The notes under the pieces are model-generated. The model had not been told where the DNA came from. It was given only the letters and a program-made list of their open reading frames with translations, and made no database searches. A stretch of DNA of 64,000 nucleotides from Marsupella aquatica (taxonomy: Eukaryota > Plantae > Marchantiophyta): contig OZ316891.1 of the NCBI GenBank assembly GCA_973895155.1, positions 25,357,899 to 25,421,898 of the forward strand. Direction: 5' to 3'. Positions within the stretch are counted from its first letter, which is position 1. Every line of letters begins with the position of its first letter. Shown one piece after another: positions 56,818 to 64,000 of the stretch. A program made the position numbers and the translations under genes.

Positions 56818-59800
56818 TGTGATGCCTAGACAGGAATCACTCGGCCGGTTAAGTGGGTAAAGCAGGAAGGCACCCTAGGAACACCTTAGTATAGTGACAA
56901 AACAAGGAAAATATAAACAATTAGGGGCAACCATGGAACCCGGGCAGAGGCCGGAGGTAAGGCTGAGGGTGAAAACCCGATTAGGGTTAGGGCGCGTTAA
57001 GCGTCGGCGGCTAGGAAGGATCAACGGGAAGAAGGACCGGCAGAGGAGAGGGGTAAGGAGCGCTTGCAGGAGATGGTGGCTCATTTGCGAGCACGAACTA
57101 GGCAGACGACTACGGGAGGCCAACTACTGTCAGCTGCTTAGGCAAGCACTCGGGGAGAGAGTAGATACCGATGATCGACCTAAGGAGGGTATGAGCAACG
57201 TCAATCAAGCGGCACATTTCTGGGGATGCCTGTTCGAACGGGCAACTGAGTACATCAAGACTTACGAGGACGAGGAGTCAGAAAGGGCAGCTCGAGAACG
57301 GCAGGAGCTCGCTCGATTGTGGGAGCTGCAGAAGACGGCTTTCTTAGGAGGCGAACTCATCAAGGACGAGTTCCTGTGGACGCCTACTTCCAATCAACTC
57401 GACGATCTTCTGTTTTGCAAAGACAGCGTCGTCGGCATCCGAGAGGCCATCAAGAACTGCAACGACATACACTGGGAATTAAAGGGTAGCATGGAAAGGT
57501 GGACCCGGGCAACGGTGCTAGGAGAAACCTCCATGGCAGCAGAGATGAAGAGGAAGGGGGCCGTCAACGATGAAGCCACCCCGGCAAAAAGAATGAGGTC
57601 GGCGGCACCAAAGAAGCCAGCCGAGCAGCAGAGCAGGAGGCAGGGAGAAGCCGAAGAGGAGGAGGTCGATCCCATCAAGGCCATTCCAACCAGGGATGAC
57701 ACCTGGAAGGGCTGGGCGGCAACCCTACCGGTGGAGGTGCAACTACATTTTGCACGGGAGGAGGATGCATGCTTTACGGCCATGCAGACCAAGAAGTACC
57801 AAGGCTTCATGGTCGGATCCGGCTTGGAGGCCTTTGTAAGATTACCATGGCTGAAGCCGGAGGTACCGGAGTCAGACCTATTAGAATTCGTGGGGTCATG
57901 GGAACCCGAGACCAATTGCACGAGGATATATGGGAAGGATTTCTATCTTACTCCCAAGGTGATTGCCGAAGTGTTTGGCTTGCCGATGGGCAATAAGACC
58001 AAAGTTGATACCAGGAAGACCTTGCCTGACAAGGAGTTCCGGTCGTTCCCCGGGCCATCAACGAAGAATGGCTTCTTCCGGAACACCTGCACCAACCCGC
58101 AAATAGGAGAGATGATCGACTTCTTGCGGGTGACCATGCATTGTAACTTACCGAGGGCAGAGATCGGCAAGGCACAGGTCTATCTGGCAGAAAGGCCAGA
58201 CCCAAGCCGGGACTACAACGGGTACCTCCTCAACCAATTGAAGAAGATCTTAAAGGAGGAGCAGCAGGTAATCGGCATGGGGAGCGTGTCGCGGCTTGGC
58301 TATCACATGCCGCTGTTGTGCCGGTATGCCAGAGGTCAGACTTTTGCCCCGGTACTTCCCCTGCAGGTAAGGGCACCCGAGGAAGCTCCAACGCCGAGGC
58401 CGTTGGCTGAGAAGCCTCAACCACCTGTTAGTCCTACGATCGAGCAGGTGTTTAGGCCCAGGAAGGAAGACTTGCCGATGCAGCAACCAGGCATGCAGAG
58501 TCTGCTGAAACTACTGGAGAAAGAAAAGAAATCGGCATCGGCAACAACAACGGCAACGACAACAATGCAGGACACTACTACAGAGGTAGGCCTACACCGG
58601 CTCACAAGAGAAAACCCCTTTGCTGGAGACAAGAAGAGAATCAGGCCGGAATCCAAGCCAGGTGTTCGAATGTACGTGGGAACCTCAAGCTCCGAATCTG
58701 AGGCAGAATTGCCTGAAGCTCCTACCGAGGAAGAGGAGAGGGAGAAGCCGGAAATCCAAGAGGTAGAGGAGGCAGTGGAGGACTGCAGCCATGATAATTC
58801 CGGCTATGGGTCGGACCATCACGTTCCAGGAGTAAGGACCTGTGGCCGGTTTGTCCCCACACTTCCAAGGGTAGTGCGAGGGGACCCCAACCAGCAGAGT
58901 AGCCCTGAGTCTCCCCCACCAGATGTTGCTCCCCCGAGCTTCGACGGCATAAAATAGAAACCCAAGAGGAGTTGGAGGAAATCACGAGGAAGATGGAGAA
59001 CCTACAGCGGCGGGCCGACAACCAAACAGAGCGGCTGAAGAAACAAGCCGCAGTATTTAAATGCTTAGCTACAGCAGGTCCATCTCCCGTTGGGACAAAC
59101 CAGTTACCAGGGGTGGTAATTGCCGAAGGACAAGCCGCGTCAACTGCACCAGTGCCGGAAGTAAGTGGGAAGGGGAAGGGACCAGCTGCCGAGCCACCAA
59201 CGAAGAAGAAGCGGAAACCTCCAGGGTCAAGGAGTAATACGACTTCACAGGCCGTGGTGATCAAGGAGGTAGACCCAGCACCGACCCCAGACAGGGTCAC
59301 GGCTAAGGATCCAACTACCCTAGGGGAAGGGGAGGCCGAAGCCGTGGGAGTGGCTGAGGCCGAAGCCGTGGGTATTGCCGAGGCCGGTGTCGAGGCTGAA
59401 GCCGAAGGTGGACCCAGTCAGGCCGATGGAGAGTTGACTCGGTCAAGGGCAGGTAATCTGTCAGTAGGCGGGCCAACGGCAGTGGCTGAGGAGGAAGTGT
59501 TGGGGGCGTCCATTGAGGATCCACCACCGGTGTCATGACGGTGCAAGGGCGCCGTTCCTTTTAGGGAGGGCGGACGTGGAGGGAGGAGGCGTGAGTGGGC
59601 AGGGCGGGCGCGGATCTCCACGTTTAGGATTAGGATCAGAACCAGGAGCGGCCCTGACACTTAGCTTAGTGGGATTGCGGTTCCACTGGTAGGAGCAACA
59701 CTTGTGCTCCTGCCTTGCTGTACATAGGTAGATTCGGGCAAGTAGATTACTGTCAGGTAGATTAGGCTTACGATGCAAAGAATGGCGGATCCACTACCAG

Positions 59801-60459
59801 GATAAGTACCTGGGCAGCGGGGAGCTCAGGGCCTCTTCTTTAGCAAGTTTTTAGTTTGCACCAGCCGGGCTGGGATCAAGTAGTACGAGAAGCTCTCGGT
59901 TAGTCATACAGTGACCCTTGTGTATATTCATGTTTCCTCATGCCTAAGAGCTGAATAGAGTTGGCCTCACGGCTTAGTTCGCAAAACTTGTGTATGAGAT
60001 GTACTGTTTGTATGGCAAGTGCATGGTATGACTCAGTCAAAATGAGTCATTTTGCTATTTGTGTGTCGCATTAACTTGTGTGAAGAGTGCCCACATCAAC
60101 AGAAGGAAGGAAAGTAAGCAGGGGAGTGATAGTTGGATGTGTCGAGCTGAGAGAGGTCTTAGCGGCTTAACCAAGCCTATTGGGGATCATTCCGGCGGCG
60201 GAATCCAAACATACCTAACAAGATGGAGGGGAAGACAGGGGAAGACAAGGGAAGGCCTATATTAGGCCGGCTACGTATCTCATGACCCGATGAAGGATCT
60301 GTCCAGTATATGTGTGTAAAATGTTAATAGTAGTAGTAGAAGGTTAGCAGCGTCCCATGCCGCTAAGCCGCGGAAACGGCCTCGCCAAGCACGAAACCTG
60401 CGGGAATCGGCTTGAGCTGGGGGGTTTCTTGGGTTTAGGGAGCCATGGGACGCACCACA
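56818..60459 (+). mobile_element. Solo LTR of the Gypsy B family (3642 bp, ~1-kb internal deletion)
   Basis: TGTGATGCCTAG...CGCACCACA flanked by TSD ACTGG (56813-56817, 60460-60464); no PBS, PPT or internal domain adjacent. Confidence 0.95.
56933..59538 (+). pseudogene. LTR-ORF in the solo LTR (truncated at 58957 by a stop and deletion; C-terminal remnant to 59538)
   Basis: Colinear homolog of the element B LTR-ORF; most of the coiled coil deleted. Confidence 0.85.
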
Positions 60460-63400
60460 ACTGGCAAAGGGGTCTTTGGCTTCACAAGCTTTGTCAACAA
60501 CACTACAGAATACCCTGTTGGTACTTCTTTGCAATGGAATGTAATTTGCTTTGGGCGCAATTTTCCATACCCTACACACAACTCATTTTGCTGTGGTGAG
60601 AACAATACATACTCAGGATGTGCCTGAGTCTTCAATTCTACATCAGCTTTACGCTTCTTTGCCGCTGCCACTCTACCACTTGCCCTGGCTTGACTCTTCA
60701 CCTTCTGAATAGGTCTCCCAACAGCTGAAAGCTCTACTTCTACTCCACCGTCTGTGGTCACACCCTGTATGTCACCTGCCTATGATGGAATTTGGGTCTC
60801 CACCTGGCCCTCTATTTCGCATCCATTCTCATAGGCTTTGGCAACTTCTATGAACTCTTCATATGGATCCAAACTGGGGGTATTCAGTACATTGGTAACC
60901 TCTGCAATAACAAAATAGCAAGTCAACACCCTATCAACATTTTTGCCTTATCTCCAATCATGGAAACATATAACAAAACACATTTTTTGTCTCATCTCCA
61001 ATCATGGAAACACATGAGAAACCTTACCTTCCATTGTTGGGGCCATGGTACCCTCCACATCCCTTTCTGTGGGCTCCACCTCCATTTGCTGTTCAATGTT
61101 ACCCTTTGGATTCATCAAATTGGAGTAATGTGGCAGGTCTCTAGAACCTCCATTCCATATTGCATTCATTATACATTTGTATTGGTCTTCTTGCACACGA
61201 ATAAGCTTCTGAACATCTTCCTTTAAAGCAATCAACTCACTTGCCATTTCACTCAATTTCACGGTCACATCATTCTCATGAGACTCCATACATTTCACAC
61301 GATCTGATAAATTGCTAAGAGAACATGATCCACCTCCCTGCAAACACATATGTCCAACATAGTCAATCCATTACACCTGAAAAATAATATATGGTCCCAT
61401 TGTTCATGCAAACTATGGAATGTGGAGCAAAAAAACACTAGCTGGTATGAGTACTCACTTGGTTTGAAGGATCACTCTGGCTAGATTTCTGCTTCTGTTT
61501 TCTTGCTTTAGCTCTCACCTCTTCTTTTGTAGGGGACTGTCCATTTTGTGCCTTCTGCATATAACATATTTTCACACATTATTTGCTCGGACACAAAAAA
61601 ACTCAAATACATTGTAGAAGCTAGGTCTGCCAATCCAACGATTATTCTTACCAGCTACTCTACTATTGGAGCATTCCCTTTCCTTCCTGTCAAGTTAAGG
61701 TTCTGAACGTTGCCACGTGCATATGCCATCTGGGAACTCTTACTCTTGCCGGATTCACTCAAGAAGTGATGGACTAGCTTGCTCCATTGAAGAGGATCTG
61801 TCAATGGGGGAGCAGGCATTCTTTGGTCCTCTCCACCTTCTTGAAACAACACGTGCAATCTCCACCTCTCATTCTTCAGAATTGTCTTTGCATGAGCCTG
61901 AAGACATCCATGGCTACTCCATCCGGATGGCTGACATATTTCCATTTTGCGGCTATATTGTCAACAACTTGTTGCCAATCCGCTGGATGCTGCTGCACAA
62001 AATTCACCACACTCAAATCCAGCCATCACAATATTTCACCTTTCAAGTCAGCCAACCAACGATTCTTCCCTGCAGATGCACTGTTCACCCAACGGTTGCT
62101 CCCAATCTCCACTACTCCTTTCTTGGTTCTGTCAGGTCCTGCATTGCTTTCTGTGGTACTGCTTGGTGTGACAGGTTTAGGATTTGCTGGAACTTTTGTA
62201 CTACCCTTTAGTGGACTTATAATGCCCCCTGCATCATCCCACATCCATGTGATATCATACAATAGTAACATCAATACCTTTGTATATGTCAAATAGTGGA
62301 TACCAATTGCAATTGTTTATTGTTTCATAAGTGTAACTTACCAGATGCTTTGGCAACACTCTGTGGATAAGAGGCAGGCTCAACTACCTGTACATCTTCC
62401 CCACCAGCCAACCAATTAGGCTCTGGCCATTGCTCAGAACCATAGGCTACAGTTGTCCCTTGTCCTGCCTCTACTTCAGGTTCATAGTAAACCTCCTTGT
62501 CAGTTACTCCCCAATCAGGATGGGCAGAATCTGCAGTCACATAATTAAGCACTTTAATTAGGTCTTTAACATCACACTAGCATACCCTTTATTTCCAAAG
62601 TAATTTACATAAATGCCAGAATTGAAGGGCAATTCCTACTCACATCTCCATCGTCTCTTGTTGCTCCATACTACTCAGTATGTTGTGTTGGTCTACCTTG
62701 GCCCCGTGTAATGTGTGCTGGTGGTGGACCCGTAACATACACAATAGTGTGCCCAGCAGGTGGTGGTGGTCCATACCCATCCACTTGTGGGTCTGCTCTC
62801 CCCTGAGAGGGTGCACTGTGTGTTGGTGGTGCTCCATACACCACAGTGTACCCCTCGCTGCGTGGGGTTGCTCTAACCTGACCTGTGCTGTGGGTATGTG
62901 TTGTTGCTCTACTTGCAAAGGAGGGTGGGATGTGCCCACCATGTGGTGCAGCTCCATACACAACAGTGTGACCACCTACACCAACAGTTGTTGTTCCATA
63001 CCCATTGCTCTGTTGGGTTTTACCTGGAGGTGGAGGTGGTATGTGCCCAGCACGCCCCACCGGACCCACTGCAATGTAATGCACTGTGCTTCGCCCTCCA
63101 AATGTTGTTGTACTGTGCCCACGGCCCATACCCTGAGCAGCAAGTCCACCTCTCTTAGCCTGCAAGAACATATGTGCAAGGACAATAAACTTAAAAGAAG
63201 TATCTTCCTCTGACTTGCCACACTCACATGAGCCAAACATATCACTACTGTGATACACTACTTCAACACTTCATTACCAAAATTTTCCTGGGCTCCTCGA
63301 CAGTACGCTTGCCCTGCCCATATTCTTCATCATGTGCATTGGGCTCCTCCTCTGGATAGTACTCTACATCATCAAATTCCTTATGGTTTTCACTAGACCC

Positions 63401-63797
63401 AACATCTTGCCCATCATCTGCAGAATCTGCCATCGATGGAATGTCCTTTACTGCTAGTCTCTCACTACGTCACCGAGGTCCACTTGCACTGTCACTAATG
63501 CTTTGCCTAGCCCTTCTGTGCACTATACTTCTCCTGTCTGGGAGCCTGCAAGCCATCCAAAAGCAACATCCATTGAACAACTCTAGTAAACATAGCTACA
63601 TTCATTCCAATTAATGAGCAAAGTCTGGATAGGTTCTGTGGATGATAATTGTTCCCTTACAAAGCGGAAAATCCCTATTTGAGCTCAGCTCCCAAAGTTG
63701 CCAGCCTCTCATCAACATATGTTGCACGTATCATGGCTTGCTTTTCAGACTCACTCATCTCATCATCATCTTCTTCCATCCTATTCAATGACAAACA

Positions 63798-64000
63798 TTA
63801 TTGCATACGCATGGTGTCAGGCTCAGCCTCTACAAATGGCTCCTCACCCTCCCAAGCATCCACCCATGTTAGAGGAACATACTCTGTGCTTGTCTGAATA
63901 GTACCAACGTCTCCAATACGTGGTTGTTCAAATGCACTATGTCTATCTAAATGAAACTCTAGCTTTGAGCCTTCTACCCTACGATTTCTGGGCTGCTTAT
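63798..64000 (-). CDS. tnpD: 3' end of the TnpD transposase of CACTA 2
   Basis: KQPRNRRVEGSKLEFHLDRHSAFEQP..TEYVPLT versus CACTA 1 SQARNRRMDGSKVEFSLDDHAAFEHP..TDYIPLT. Confidence 0.75.
   Translation of the reverse strand, partial: KQPRNRRVEGSKLEFHLDRHSAFEQPRIGDVGTIQTSTEYVPLTWVDAWEGEEPFVEAEPDTMRMQ

Larger units (their letters stand above)
56737..63490 (-). pseudogene. TnpA/ORF2-like gene of CACTA 2, last exon split by the solo LTR
   Basis: LCVGYGKLRPKQITFHCKEVPTGYSVVLL..PLP|VPNLNDDPPQTTIADALNSLVLWPT joins across the LTR; GKNRWLADLKGEIL*WLDLS exon; GHTVVYGAPP-like repeats ~62700-63100; upstream exon limits approximate. Confidence 0.7.
56709..64000 (-). mobile_element. Older CACTA element 2 (same family as CACTA 1), partial; probably continues at 13606-13714
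   Basis: TnpD C-terminus and TnpA-like exons homologous to CACTA 1; termini not in the window. Confidence 0.8.

Overview
Eukaryotic (land-plant-like, probably non-seed-plant) heterochromatic window made entirely of nested transposable elements; no host gene is recognisable. Boundaries read from terminal repeats and target-site duplications (TSDs): (1) Ty3/Gypsy element A (+, Athila-like, <1-10066, 4.0-kb 3' LTR) inserted into (2) a Ty1/Copia Bianca element (-, 10067-13605); (3) a Mutator-like (MULE) DNA transposon 13724-56699 (9-bp TSD AAAACTACA, ~10.5 kb net); (4) a complete Gypsy element B (-, 20768-53224, TSD GAGAT, ~4.6-kb LTRs) inserted into the MULE's second gene; (5) a 17-kb CACTA element (34027-51080, TSD CTA) inside B's 5' LTR; (6) a B-family solo LTR (56818-60459, TSD ACTGG); and (7) an older CACTA element running off the right end. 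Most notable: opposite its DDE/SWIM transposase the MULE carries an intron-containing gene fusing a ParB/Srx-like domain to a permuted (beta-class, N4C/N6A-type) DNA-methyltransferase fold, and it contains 16 copies of a 15-bp palindrome TAGCGC-N3-GCGCTA in its introns, promoter and subterminal DNA. This is a candidate protein plus cis-site self-recognition or epigenetic system (inference). Also unusual: both Gypsy families encode a large PMD-like/coiled-coil ORF inside the LTR, and the CACTA carries EDM2-like PHD, tandem-BRCT and F-box cargo ORFs. Most ORFs are pseudogenised, largely by CGA>TGA, CAG>TAG and TGG>TAG-type stops. All domain calls are by-eye motif recognition; no database search was run.
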